The notes below the pieces were generated by a model that was given only the letters and a program-made list of their open reading frames with translations, searched no databases and was not told the DNA's origin. Source: an uncultured delta proteobacterium (GTDB lineage: Bacteria > Desulfobacterota > Binatia > Binatales > Binataceae). Taken from it: a stretch of 64,000 nt of DNA. Within the stretch, counting starts at the first letter, position 1. Every line of letters begins with the position of its first letter. This document shows positions 1 through 9,978 of this stretch, in pieces. The stretch covers positions 839,749 to 903,748 of the forward strand of contig CAWFDW010000001.1 of the NCBI GenBank assembly GCA_963814715.1. Reading direction: 5' to 3'. Both the position numbers and the translations under genes were made by a program.

Positions 1-223
1 GCGATCGCAGCAGGCGCTCGCGATGCGCCCGCGCGGCGCTGGTGCCCTCATCGTTGCCCCACTCGGCCCGCATCGCTTCCGGCCAGGTCTGCACGCTGCG
101 AAATTTTTCCGGCAGATGCGGGTTCTGCAGCATCCGCTTCAGAATCCACGCCATCGTCTCGTCGCTGCCGGCAAGAGGCGGGTAGTGAGTTATTCCAACT
201 GCGAGAATCTCACCCATTTGCAT
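1..223 (-). CDS. N-terminus of a LigB-like (class III extradiol dioxygenase family) protein, running off the window edge
   Basis: Manual translation from ATG at 223 with GGAGG RBS: MQMGEILAVGITHYPPLAGSDETMAWILKRML...; the N-terminal G-x-T-H-Y-P motif resembles the LigB family; overlaps the stop of the upstream CoA transferase. Confidence 0.55.
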   Translation of the reverse strand, partial: MQMGEILAVGITHYPPLAGSDETMAWILKRMLQNPHLPEKFRSVQTWPEAMRAEWGNDEGTSAARAHRERLLRS

Positions 224-1419
224 GTCCTCCCGAAGCTCGGCTGCAGTCGTCGTGAAGGATCTGTTTCTCGTATAGCGCTGCGATGCGATCTTCGGAATAC
301 CCCAGCACGCTCGAAAGTACCATCGCGTTGTCCGCTCCGAGCGCCGGTACGTTGTTGCGCGCCCGCGCGTTGGCATTGCCGAACTTGAACGCGGGATTCG
401 GCACCTTGAGCGGCCCTGCGCCGTCATCGATCACTTCGAAGCTGCCGCGCTCCGCAAGATGCGGATGCGCCAGCGCCTCGCGCACCGTGTAATACCGCGA
501 GCACGGCACACTGCCCTCGGTCAGTATCGCTTCGCACTCTTCCATCGTCCGCGTCGACGCCCACTCATCGAGCATCGACATGAACCACTTCCAATTCGCA
601 GCTCTGCCTTTCGCCGTCGCGTAACGAGGATCGTCCAGCCACTCGGGATGCCCGACCGCGCGCGCCAGGCACTCGTAGTTGTTCGGCTTGACCGCCGCGA
701 TCATCACGAACCCGTCCTTGGCGCGCGTCGGCTGAAACGTATTCGTCCGCCTCATCGGCGGTAGCTGCGCTTCCTGGAACTCATAGATCAGCATGCCGAG
801 GATGCCGTCCATCATCGCGAGATCGATATTGTCGCCGCGGCCGGTGCGCTCGCGCGCGAGCAGCGCCGACTGAATCGCGCCGAATGCATACGTCCCGCCC
901 AGCACGTCGCCGACGTAGATGCCGGTATTGAGCGGCCGCTCGAGCCCTTCCTGATACGCGAGATTGACCAGGTCGAAACCGCTGGCCGCGTGCAGCATCG
1001 GCGCGTAAGCACTGCGCGTCGCCCACGGCCCGCTCTGGCCAAATCCCGAAATCGAGCAGTACACGATTCGCGGATTCAGCCGCGCAAGCGTCGCGTAGTC
1101 GAGCCCCAGCCGATTCATCACGCCCGGCCGCGAATTCTCGACGACCACGTCCGACTTCGCCGCTAGTTCGCTGAACCAGCTCGCTCGCTCCCGGTCGCCG
1201 CAGATCGATCGCGAGGCTTTTCTTGCCGCAATTCAGATGAGCGAAGTACGCGCTCTTGCCCGCGCGAATCGGCGGTTGCGATCGAATGAAATCACCCTCA
1301 GGCGGCTCAATCTTGATCACCTCGGCGCCAAGATCGGCGAGCAGTCGCGTGCAATGCGGTCCCGACACGATCGTCGTGAAGTCGAGCACTCGCACACCGC
1401 TGAGGATGTCGTTATTCAC
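210..1419 (-). CDS. CaiB/BaiF family III CoA-transferase (one frameshift near 1170)
   Basis: ORF 781..1419 gives LSGVRVLDFTTIVSGPHCTRLLADLGAEVIKIEPPEGD; ORF 210..1148 continues VVENSRPGVMNRLGLDY...SISGFGQSGP. Confidence 0.9.
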
Positions 1420-2189
1420 CAGCCGCCTCGGCGCGATCTTTTTCCTTCACCAGTGACAAGTAGTGCCGATTCAGGCGCTCCAGATGCTGTTCCATCTCTT
1501 TCACAGCCGCGTCGCTGTCGCCCGCCTCAAAATGTTTCATGAAGCGCCGGCGCGACGGCAGCACCCACGGATTTCGCTTCTGTCCAATTGCCCGGATGAA
1601 GTGCTGCATCACGTCGATCAACGCCTCCATCACGATCACCATCACCGGATTTTTGGTCGCACGCGCGATGATGCGGTGAAAATCAAGATGGATCGCCGCC
1701 TGATCGTAAAAGTCGATATTCTCGCGAGCGCCCTTCGCCGCCAGGGCAATGTTCGCGTTGAGCGCTTCGATATCCTCCGGCGTCGCGCGCTCGCAAGCCG
1801 CGCGCACCGCGCTCGATTCGATCATCACCCGCGCCTCGGTCAGATGCTCCGGCTGAATCGCGCCGAGATGGAACATATCGCGCAGCCCGGTGACGATCGC
1901 GTCACCAGTGCTCTCGCGCACGAACGCGCCGCCGGTCGCCCCCATCTGCAAGCGCAGCAGCCCGGCATTCTCGAGCGACCGCAGCGCCTCGCGCAGCGTG
2001 TTGCGCGACACCCCAAACTGCTCGGCCAGTAAGCGCTCCGGCGGCAGCCGATCGCCCGCCCTCAGCCGCCGATCTGAAAGCTCCTTGCGAATCTGATCGG
2101 CAATCTCCTCGAACGCCCGCAAGTTGCGGATGCGGCTGAACTCCACCGGCGCGGCGTCGCCACTCGCGTTGGCTTCTTGCGCTTGACAT
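1412..2189 (-). CDS. GntR/FadR-family transcriptional regulator (wHTH + FCD domain)
   Basis: ORF 1412..2146: GDRLPPERLLAEQFGVSRNTLREALRSLE, C-terminal FH..IARAT.N; the real start is probably the ATG at 2189 with one indel. Confidence 0.9.
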
Positions 2190-2209
2190 TCATATCGGTC
2201 ATGTGTTCC

Positions 2210-2224
2210 ATTGGTTCAACCATT
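2210..2224. promoter_or_regulatory. Putative FadR-type operator ATTGGTTCAACCATT
   Basis: TGGT-N3-ACCA palindrome, matching the FadR-subfamily consensus, in the divergent gap between the regulator and the acyl-CoA dehydrogenase genes. Confidence 0.6.
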
Positions 2225-2275
2225 GCTACTTCGACTAGAGTCAAATGTCAAGCCGCCGCATCGGAGGAAAAGACT

Positions 2276-3353
2276 GTGATTTCTTTTGAACTCACCGAGG
2301 AACAGAAACTCGCGCAGTCGATGGTCCAGGAGCTGGCCAGTTCGCAGCTGCGACCGGCCGCGCGCGCTGCCGATGATCGCGAGGCGATCCCAGTGTCGAT
2401 TGTCGACGAGCTCTGGGCGACTGGAATCATCCAGTCGCAAGCTGATGCGGACGGCTATTCGCCTACCCTGAATGCGCTGCTGCTCGAGGAACTCGCGGTG
2501 GCCGACGCTTCATTTGCGATCGCTGCCGCGGCGCCGATCGGATTTCTCGGCGCGATCGCCACGCAGGGCTCGCCCGCGCAGAAGAAAAATCTGCTGCCGC
2601 TATTCGCCGGTGACAAGTATCGATGCGCAGGCGTCGCAGTCATGGAGCCCGACTTCGCCTTTGACGTTTCCGCGATTCGCACCACCGCCCTCAAGCAGCG
2701 CGACGGCTATCTGCTTGTCGGGCGTCAAGGGACTCGTCCCGCTCGCGGAACATTGCAGTCACTTTCTTGTCATTGCGCGCTGCGACGACGCCACCGACGC
2801 ATTCATCGTCGATCGGAACGCGCGCGGTGTAAGCGTCGGCGAGAAGAAACCGAATATTGGATTGCGCGCGCTCGAGATGGCCACCGTCAGTTTCAAGGAT
2901 GTCGAACTGCCTGCCAGCGCGCGACTCGGCGAGAACGCGGGATGCGACGTTCAACGCATCATCGATTCCGCTCGCACCGCGCTGTCCGCGATCATGACCG
3001 GCACCAGCCGGGCCGTCATGGAGTTCGTGATGCCCTACACCAAGGAGCGCGTGGTTCATGGCGATGCGCTCGCGAAGAAGCAGACGATCGCGTTCCGGCT
3101 CGCTGACATGCGGATCGAAACCGACGCGATGCGCTGGATGACGTGGAAGGCCGCGTCGACTCTCGAGCAGGGCGGCGACGCCACGCGGCAGGCGCAACTC
3201 GCGTACACCTACTGCGGCGAGAATGCGATGTGGATTGCCGACGAAGGCGTCCAGATGCTCGGCGGTCACGGCTACCTGCGCGATAACCCGGTCGAGATGT
3301 GGTATCGCGACACGCGCACGGTGTCGGTGCTGGAAGGCGCGGTCGGCGTTTAG
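2276..3353 (+). CDS. Acyl-CoA dehydrogenase (frameshift near 2720)
   Basis: GTG after GGAGG; ISFELTEEQ... N-terminus; C-terminus KQTIAFRLADM...GVQMLGGHGYLRDNPVEMWYRD. Confidence 0.88.
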
Positions 3354-3383
3354 CTTTCGAAGACAACCACGAGGACATTGGCA

Positions 3384-4527
3384 ATGATAGATTTCCAACT
3401 TACTCCGGCTGACGCAAAAGTTCTGAGCAATGCGCACGAGCAGGCGATCATCGGTCGTCGCTATGCGCGCTACTACGACAAGCACGAGGACGAACTCGAG
3501 CCGGCGGAATTTCCCGAAGCGAAAGGCTTGCCCAATCCGATCACGATGGCCGAGGAGGGACTGAGCGGAATCAGCGGCTCGCGGATTCTTCACTCGCTGG
3601 TGATGCTCGAAATTTATTGGGGCGGGATCGCGTTGCATCGCAGCAAGTGGGGACTCGGCAACACCGTGCTCAAGACTGTCGCAACGCCGGAACAATTCGA
3701 AAAGTGGAAGAACCCACACCATAGCGATCGCGATTACCGAACCCGGCGCTGGCTCGGACCCGGCGAATATCCGCACGACTGCCACGTTCGATCGCGAGAC
3801 CGGCGAATGGATTCTCAACGGCGAAAAGATTTTTATCTCGCAGGCGCAGTCGGGTGACGCCGCGATGGTGCTGTCGCGATTCATCGCGCCGGACGGCAGC
3901 CGCGGCATGACGACCTTCATCGTCGAGAAGGGCACGCCGGGTTTCACCGTCGGGCCGCAACTCAAGAAACTCGGCATCCGCTCGCACGATACCTGCAACC
4001 TGCTGTTCGAGAATTGCCGGATTCCGGAGTTCAACCACATCAAGGGTGATTTCAAATCCACGATGTCGGTGTTCAACGACTCGCGCCCGATGGTCGGCGC
4101 GATGGCGCTGGGCGTCGCGCGCGCGTCGCTGGATTTCACGCGCGAAAAGCTGGCCGAGCGCGGAATCGAAATCAGCTACCGCGGCGGGATGCGAAGCCGC
4201 TCGGCAATCGTCGATCGTTTCATCAGGCTGGAAGCTATCTTCGAAGCAGCGCTGCTGACGGTGCTGCGCTCCAAGTGGCTCGAGCAGCAGGACGTGCCGC
4301 CGAAAGTGGAAGCGTCGATCGCCAAAGCGGCGGGCGGCAAAGCCGCGCGAAAAATCACCCAGGGATGTATCGACTTGCTAGGCCCCGAGGCGTTGTCGGA
4401 AGACCATCCGCTGGATCGATGCTTCCGCGACGGCCGCATCTTCGACATCTACGAAGGCGCCGGCGAAATCCAGCGCCTGATAATCGCCCGCTCAATCCTC
4501 GGCTACACCGGCCGCGACTTGAGGTAG
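3384..4527 (+). CDS. Acyl-CoA dehydrogenase (frameshift near 3715)
   Basis: MIDFQLT...; AITEPGAGSD read in the shifted frame; KKLGIRSHDT, RDGRIFDIYEGAGEIQRLIIAR. Confidence 0.88.
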
Positions 4528-4538
4528 CCAGCGCGCGT

Positions 4539-4844
4539 TCAGGCGGCTTGGGCGCGACGGCTAGTAGCGACTCGAAGTTGTACCCGCATTCCTGCTCGCG
4601 CGAGCATGTTGACGAGCGTGTCGATGCTGAACAGGTCGATCTTGCCGCGAATAAGATCGCTGATCCGCGGCTGCGTCACTCCAAGGAGGCTTGCTGCCGA
4701 GCGCTGGGTAAGTTTGCGTGTCTGGATGAGCCGGCTAACTTCCACCATCAGCTCCGCGCGAAGCCGCAAGCTCTCGGCCTCTTTCGCTCCGAAGCCAAGG
4801 TCTCGGAACACGTTCCCGCTCGAACGCTGAATTTTCATCTTCAT
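4539..4844 (-). CDS. XRE/HTH antitoxin (HigA-like)
   Basis: SSGNVFRDLG...LTQRSAASLLGVTQPRISDLIRGKIDLFSIDTL, typical of HTH_37-type antitoxins. Confidence 0.85.
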   Translation of the reverse strand: MKMKIQRSSGNVFRDLGFGAKEAESLRLRAELMVEVSRLIQTRKLTQRSAASLLGVTQPRISDLIRGKIDLFSIDTLVNMLARAGMRVQLRVATSRRAQAA

Positions 4845-5173
4845 ACCCTTTCCTGCTCCTTCGTCGTTGGAGCAACTCGCTCAATCGGGATTTGGCTTCC
4901 AGATCATTGCTAGCCGTTTTTCGGCTTCTTTTCGAAGGCATGAAGCACGTAGATTGCTTCTTCAAACCTTGCGACGTAAATGACCCGATGCTCCACTTCC
5001 GTATGCACTCTGATCTCCGCACTCCCGCACCGACGGATGGCATTGATTTACAATCCGAGGGCTCAAGCCGCTCTGTACCAGGTAGAGTTCATATCCCGCG
5101 CGCTGCCGAGCATTCTCGGGAAGTGCCGCAGGTCGTAGCGAGAAGATCCGAGCCACACCAGCGTCTTGAGCAA
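4841..5173 (-). pseudogene. RelE/ParE (gp49-like) toxin broken by several frameshifts
   Basis: Fragments across frames: LKTLVWLGSSRYDLRHFP / ENARQRAGYELYLVQSG / MPSVGAGV / EIRVH..EHRVIYVARFEEAIYVLHAFEKK; probable ATGA overlap with the antitoxin start. Confidence 0.7.
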
Positions 5174-5186
5174 GCGCACCCAGAGT

Positions 5187-5202
5187 ATACAAAAGTTTGT
5201 AT
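5187..5202. promoter_or_regulatory. Palindromic TA operator candidate ATACAAA-AG-TTTGTAT
   Basis: Perfect 7-bp inverted repeat immediately upstream of the toxin start. Confidence 0.5.
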
Positions 5203-5311
5203 GGTGGTCGAGACGCGATCGAACTACGCAGGGTGGCCGCCTTGCCCAGAAATGTCGTTCGGTCTAGCGTTTATAGGGACAGTTGGCCGCCGGAAATCAC
5301 CCTCAGGAGTA

Positions 5312-5789
5312 ATGGATCGCTTCGTTGCTGTCGCACCAGTATTCTTTCTTGAGTTCACTACCGGCGCACGCCACGACGGTTAAGACCGGCTATCTCACTT
5401 GCCATGAAGCTGCGGGATGGGGATTCATATTCGGATCTTCGCGCGATCTCGCTTGCTCCTACTCCAGCAACGGCGGGCGCGTCGAATATTACAGTGGAAG
5501 CGTCTCAAAGTTCGGCGCTGATATTGGTTATCTCAAATCAGCGGTGATCCTGTGGGCGGTCGCTGCGCCGACCAACGATCTCAAGGCAGGCGCCCTCGAC
5601 GGTCATTACGGTGGCGCGACCGCGAGCCTTTCGCTCGGTGTGGGCGCAGGCGCGAACGTGCTGGTCGGAGGCTTTAAAGACTCGATTGCGCTTCAGCCGG
5701 TATCAGTCGAAGGGCAGAACGGTCTCAACGTCGCCGCCGGAGTCGCGGCGATGACGCTTAAGTACCGCGGCGAGCACGCGCCGCGCTGA
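5312..5789 (+). CDS. DUF992-family secreted protein (frameshift in the signal-peptide region)
   Basis: AGGAG RBS; G.LTC...GWGFIFGSSRDLAC...GVGAGANVLVGG..SIALQPVSVEGQNGLNVAAGVA. Confidence 0.85.
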
Positions 5790-6008
5790 CACACGAGCGG
5801 TCCACTTGATCTAATGTGAGGTGCAGGGGCTACCCCCTGCACCTTAGCGTTGTCTGGCGCCCTGCCGACACAACAATTTGTCGATTTTGTGCTCGGCGGC
5901 ACTCGCGCCGGCGTCAATCCCTGCGAGCGCTACTTCACTGGTTTTGTCCGCGACGCGGTTGTTGTTACTAATGATGCGGGGACGGCTTGATATAGTGGCA
6001 ACAGCGCG

Positions 6009-7979
6009 ATGAAGCGCCTCGAGGAGCCGATGCTCGAGGCAACGAGTGGATCACACGACGGGGGTGAGCAAGCTTCCGACGAAGTGCTTGCTGTATTGCG
6101 GCGGTACTGGGGATTCGAGAGTCTGCGGCCGCTGCAATTGGAGGCGATTCAGGCCGGACTCGACCGGCGCGACTCGTTGGTCGTGATGCCGACCGGGGGC
6201 GGCAAGTCCCTATGCTACCAGGTGCCGCCCGCCGTCGCTCGACGCACCGACGTCGTGGTCTCGCCGCTTATCGCGCTGATGAAGGATCAGGTCGATGCGC
6301 TTCGCCTGTCCGGCTATCCGGCCGCGGCGTTGCACAGCGGGATGGATCAGATGGAGGTTCGCGACCTCGAACGCGATCTCGCCGGCGGCCGGCATCATCT
6401 TATATTCGTCGCGCCGGAGCGCTTGCTGACGCCCCGATTTCTCGATCTCGCAGCGCGCCTTAACGTTTCCAGCTTTGCGATCGACGAAGCTCATTGCATC
6501 AGCCAGTGGGGACACGATTTCCGCCCCGAATATCGACGACTCGCGGAATTGAAGACGCGCTTTCCGGGCGCGACCATTCACGCATACACGGCGACCGCGA
6601 CCGAGCGCGTACGCGGCGACATCGTCGATCAACTTGGGCTTACAGACCCGACGGTGTTGGTCGGTTCGTTCGATCGTCCCAATCTACTTTACCGGGTGCG
6701 TCCGAAGCTGGATGTGAACGCGCAAATCGCGGAGATAATCCGGCGGCACAAGGGCGAGGCGTCGATCGTCTACAGCATCAGCCGCAATGACACCGAGCGG
6801 ATCGCCGCTTACCTGGCATCCGGGGGCGTGCGCGCTGCCGCCTATCACGCCGGGATGGAGGCGGACGAGCGTCGGCGCACGCAGGATCGTTTCGCCGCCG
6901 AGGAAATCGACGTGGTGGTGGCAACAGTCGCGTTCGGGATGGGAATCGATCGCAGCGACATCCGATGCGTGATCCATGCGGCGCTGCCGAAGTCGGTCGA
7001 GGCCTATCAGCAGGAGACGGGCCGCGCGGGCCGCGACGGCTTGCCTGCCGAATGCGTGCTCTTCTACTCGGCTGCGGACGTGATGCGCTGGCGGAATCTG
7101 ATGGAGCGCAGCGCCGCGGAGTCGGCGACTCCACCGGAAGTGTTGGAGAGCGGAAAGCTGTTGCTCGAAGAAGTGCGCCGCTTCGCGACGGTCGTTCGAT
7201 GCCGCCATGCAACGCTCTCCGCATACTTTGGCGAGACCTATCAAGGCGCAAATTGCGGAGCATGCGACTTTTGTCTCGGCGAGGTTGAAGGCGTCGCCGA
7301 TTCCACCGTGCTCGCGCAGAAGGTGCTGTCGTGCGTCGCGCGCGTCGAGCAGCGCTTCGGCGTCGAGCACGTAGTTGACGTACTAATCGGCGCGAGCAGC
7401 GAACGGGTGGGTCGATTGGGTCACGAAAAACTTTCCACCTATGGCCTGCTGAAGGACGTTCCGCGCAAGACCTTGACCAACCTGGTCTATCAGCTAATCG
7501 ATGCCGGCCTGCTGGAGCGCACACCTGGCGATCGCCCGATGCTCAAGCTGAACAGTCTATCGTGGGAAGTGATGCGCGGCGGTCGCGCGGTCACACTGCT
7601 ACAAGCGAAAGAGTCCAGGTCGAAGCGAACACGAATCGAGGAAGCGTCGTGGCGCGACGTCGACGAGGCGCTATTCGAGAGCCTGCGCAAACTGCGGCGC
7701 GAAATCGCCGCCGAGCGCACGGTGCCAGCTTACGTGATCCTCCACGACGCCACACTGCGCGAACTCGCGAGCGTCCGTCCCACGACAATTGAAGCGCTGC
7801 GTCACGTCCGCGGGATGGGCGAGAAGAAACTCACCGACTTCGGCGCGCGCGTGTCGAATGCATCAAGTCTCATCACTGAGACTCACCCAACAAGCTGGGC
7901 CACTGCTAGCGATTCGCGTCCTGTTGCGGCTGCGTTCTTGAACAATGGCGTTGATTTGCGCGAAACTTGCGCCAATTGA
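6009..7979 (+). CDS. recQ: ATP-dependent DNA helicase RecQ (C-terminal end probably frameshifted)
   Basis: MPTGGGKSLCYQ, DEAHCISQWGHDFRPEY, TATAT, YQQETGRAGRDG, Zn-binding C..CDFC, RQC and HRDC domains. Confidence 0.95.
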   Translation: MKRLEEPMLEATSGSHDGGEQASDEVLAVLRRYWGFESLRPLQLEAIQAGLDRRDSLVVMPTGGGKSLCYQVPPAVARRTDVVVSPLIALMKDQVDALRLSGYPAAALHSGMDQMEVRDLERDLAGGRHHLIFVAPERLLTPRFLDLAARLNVSSFAIDEAHCISQWGHDFRPEYRRLAELKTRFPGATIHAYTATATERVRGDIVDQLGLTDPTVLVGSFDRPNLLYRVRPKLDVNAQIAEIIRRHKGEASIVYSISRNDTERIAAYLASGGVRAAAYHAGMEADERRRTQDRFAAEEIDVVVATVAFGMGIDRSDIRCVIHAALPKSVEAYQQETGRAGRDGLPAECVLFYSAADVMRWRNLMERSAAESATPPEVLESGKLLLEEVRRFATVVRCRHATLSAYFGETYQGANCGACDFCLGEVEGVADSTVLAQKVLSCVARVEQRFGVEHVVDVLIGASSERVGRLGHEKLSTYGLLKDVPRKTLTNLVYQLIDAGLLERTPGDRPMLKLNSLSWEVMRGGRAVTLLQAKESRSKRTRIEEASWRDVDEALFESLRKLRREIAAERTVPAYVILHDATLRELASVRPTTIEALRHVRGMGEKKLTDFGARVSNASSLITETHPTSWATASDSRPVAAAFLNNGVDLRETCAN

Positions 7980-8006
7980 ACGACCGTTTAAGGAGACAAG
8001 ACGGCG

Positions 8007-9374
8007 ATGATGACCGGACAGCAGTACAAGAAATCGCTCGACGACAACCGCGAAACCTACTTCGAAGGCGAGCGCGTGCGCGACCTCGTCAATCATCCAC
8101 TGCTCGGCGAATGCGTCTCGCGAATCGCGGAGGGTTACGACAAGTTCTACTCGCCCGAGCCCGGTGCAGTCAGCCCGCTGATGGCGATTCCCCGCTCGGC
8201 GGCCGAGTTGCGCGATCGAATTCCGCTGCTGCTCGAATCCGACATCGTTGCCAACGTGACTTATCAGTCGATCATGACGCTGACTACCGCGGCTACCCGT
8301 ATCGCCGACGCACTGCCGGAATATGCGGAGCGCATCCGCAACTACGTTCACGCCGCGCAGCGAAAAGATATCCGCATCGTCGAATGCATCACCGACGCGA
8401 AAGGCGATCGCAGCCGCCCGCCCGGCAAGCAGGACGATCCCGACGCGTACACGCGCGTGGTCGAGCGGCGCGCCGACGGTGTCGTGATTCGCGGCGCCAA
8501 GCTGCACATCACGGGCGCGTCGATGGCGCATGACCTGATGGTGATTCCGACCAAGGCGATGAAGCCCGGCGAGGAGGCGTATGCAATCGGATGCGCGGTG
8601 CCGGTCAACTCGCCCGGCGTCAAGATAATCGACACGACTTTCGCGCCACGCCATCCCGACACGCGCACGTTCCCGGTCTCCGCGAAAATTCACATGGCCG
8701 AAGGTTTCGTGATCCTCGACGACGTGTTCGTGCCCAACGAGCGCATCTTCCTCGACGGCGCGGTTGCGCAAGCGGCTGTCTTCGCGCATTCGCTCGGGCT
8801 CTGGGAGCGGCTAGGCGGGCTCTCGGCGATGGCGGAGGAGGGCGATCAACTCGTCGGCTTCGCGCAGCTCGTCGCGGAAGCCAACGGTCTGGCGGGCGAA
8901 GGGCATATCAAGGAGAAAATTTCCGAGATGCTCATCCACGCCACCTTGATTCGCGCCGCGCTCGAGGCCGCGATCGCGAACTGCCAGATCACCGAGCAAG
9001 GCGCGTTTCCCGACGAGCTATACACCAACGCCGGCAAGTATCACGGCGCCGCGAACTACAATCTGATGGTGCGGCATCTGCACGACATCTCGGGCGGCTC
9101 GATCCTCACCGCGCCGGGCGTCGCCGATCTCGAAAACGAAGTGACCGGTCCGCTCGTTCGCAAGTACATGGGCACCAGCAACGGAATCGACGGCGAATAT
9201 CGCGCGCGGCTGTTTCATGCGATTCGCGATCTGACCGCCGACGCATACGGCGGATGGAAAGCGGTCACCAATGTGCAGGCCGGCGGCGGCCTCTACGCCC
9301 AACGAATCGTCACGCGCAGGTACTACGATCTTGAAAGGTGCAAAACGAAAGGCGCTGAAAGTCGCAGGACTTAG
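8007..9374 (+). CDS. 4-hydroxyphenylacetate 3-hydroxylase / 4-hydroxybutyryl-CoA dehydratase family protein
   Basis: MMTGQQYKKSL, ITDAKGDRS, GVVIRGAKLHIT, FDDVFVP-like motif. Confidence 0.85.
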   Translation: MMTGQQYKKSLDDNRETYFEGERVRDLVNHPLLGECVSRIAEGYDKFYSPEPGAVSPLMAIPRSAAELRDRIPLLLESDIVANVTYQSIMTLTTAATRIADALPEYAERIRNYVHAAQRKDIRIVECITDAKGDRSRPPGKQDDPDAYTRVVERRADGVVIRGAKLHITGASMAHDLMVIPTKAMKPGEEAYAIGCAVPVNSPGVKIIDTTFAPRHPDTRTFPVSAKIHMAEGFVILDDVFVPNERIFLDGAVAQAAVFAHSLGLWERLGGLSAMAEEGDQLVGFAQLVAEANGLAGEGHIKEKISEMLIHATLIRAALEAAIANCQITEQGAFPDELYTNAGKYHGAANYNLMVRHLHDISGGSILTAPGVADLENEVTGPLVRKYMGTSNGIDGEYRARLFHAIRDLTADAYGGWKAVTNVQAGGGLYAQRIVTRRYYDLERCKTKGAESRRT

Positions 9375-9520
9375 CGAGGAAATTGCGCGGTAATCGAAAA
9401 AACGCCCACTTGGTTATCCTGATAACGGCGAGACACGATCAAAAGGCAAAAGGCAAATTTGCCTGAGACTCTGGTCTCGATAAGCTTAAAGGAGACCACG
9501 AGAACCATGAGGGCAATATC

Positions 9521-9814
9521 ATGAAAAAACAGTTTGGCTACGCAGCAGCGTTAATTGGTTTCGCATTCATTCTCGGCACCGCCGTCGTCGGATGCGAAAA
9601 GGAAACGACCACGACGGTCCCAGTCCCGGCGCCGCAGGCCGAGCAAGGACCTCCGGGAGCACCAGGCGCTCCGGGTGCACCCGGCGCAGCCGCAGCACCA
9701 GCGCAATCCTCGGAGAAGACGTCCGAGTCTTCGACCACGACTTCGAGCGATAACAGTAATCCGGGCGGATCGACCACCACCACCGACAAGACCACGACCA
9801 CCAAGACCAACTAG
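9521..9814 (+). CDS. Small low-complexity lipoprotein with a short Gly-X-Y run
   Basis: Signal peptide with lipobox VVG-C; GPPGAPGAPGAPGA followed by a Thr/Ser-rich tail. Confidence 0.7.
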   Translation: MKKQFGYAAALIGFAFILGTAVVGCEKETTTTVPVPAPQAEQGPPGAPGAPGAPGAAAAPAQSSEKTSESSTTTSSDNSNPGGSTTTTDKTTTTKTN

Positions 9815-9829
9815 TCCGCATCGCAAAAA

Positions 9830-9866
9830 TGAGGGACGGCCCGATTCCCGGGCCGCCCTTGTTTTG
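9830..9866 (+). terminator. Hairpin / likely intrinsic terminator
   Basis: GAGGGACGGCCCG-ATTCC-CGGGCCGCCCTT followed by GTTTT, downstream of the lipoprotein. Confidence 0.5.
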
Positions 9867-9978
9867 TCCCTCCCAGCAATTCACGTCTCGACGAATCGCC
9901 GTTTGCGCGCGATGCGACTGCCGTTGTATTGAATCACTTACATTGCCCCGCACGCATTCCGCATACAAGGAGACTCGA

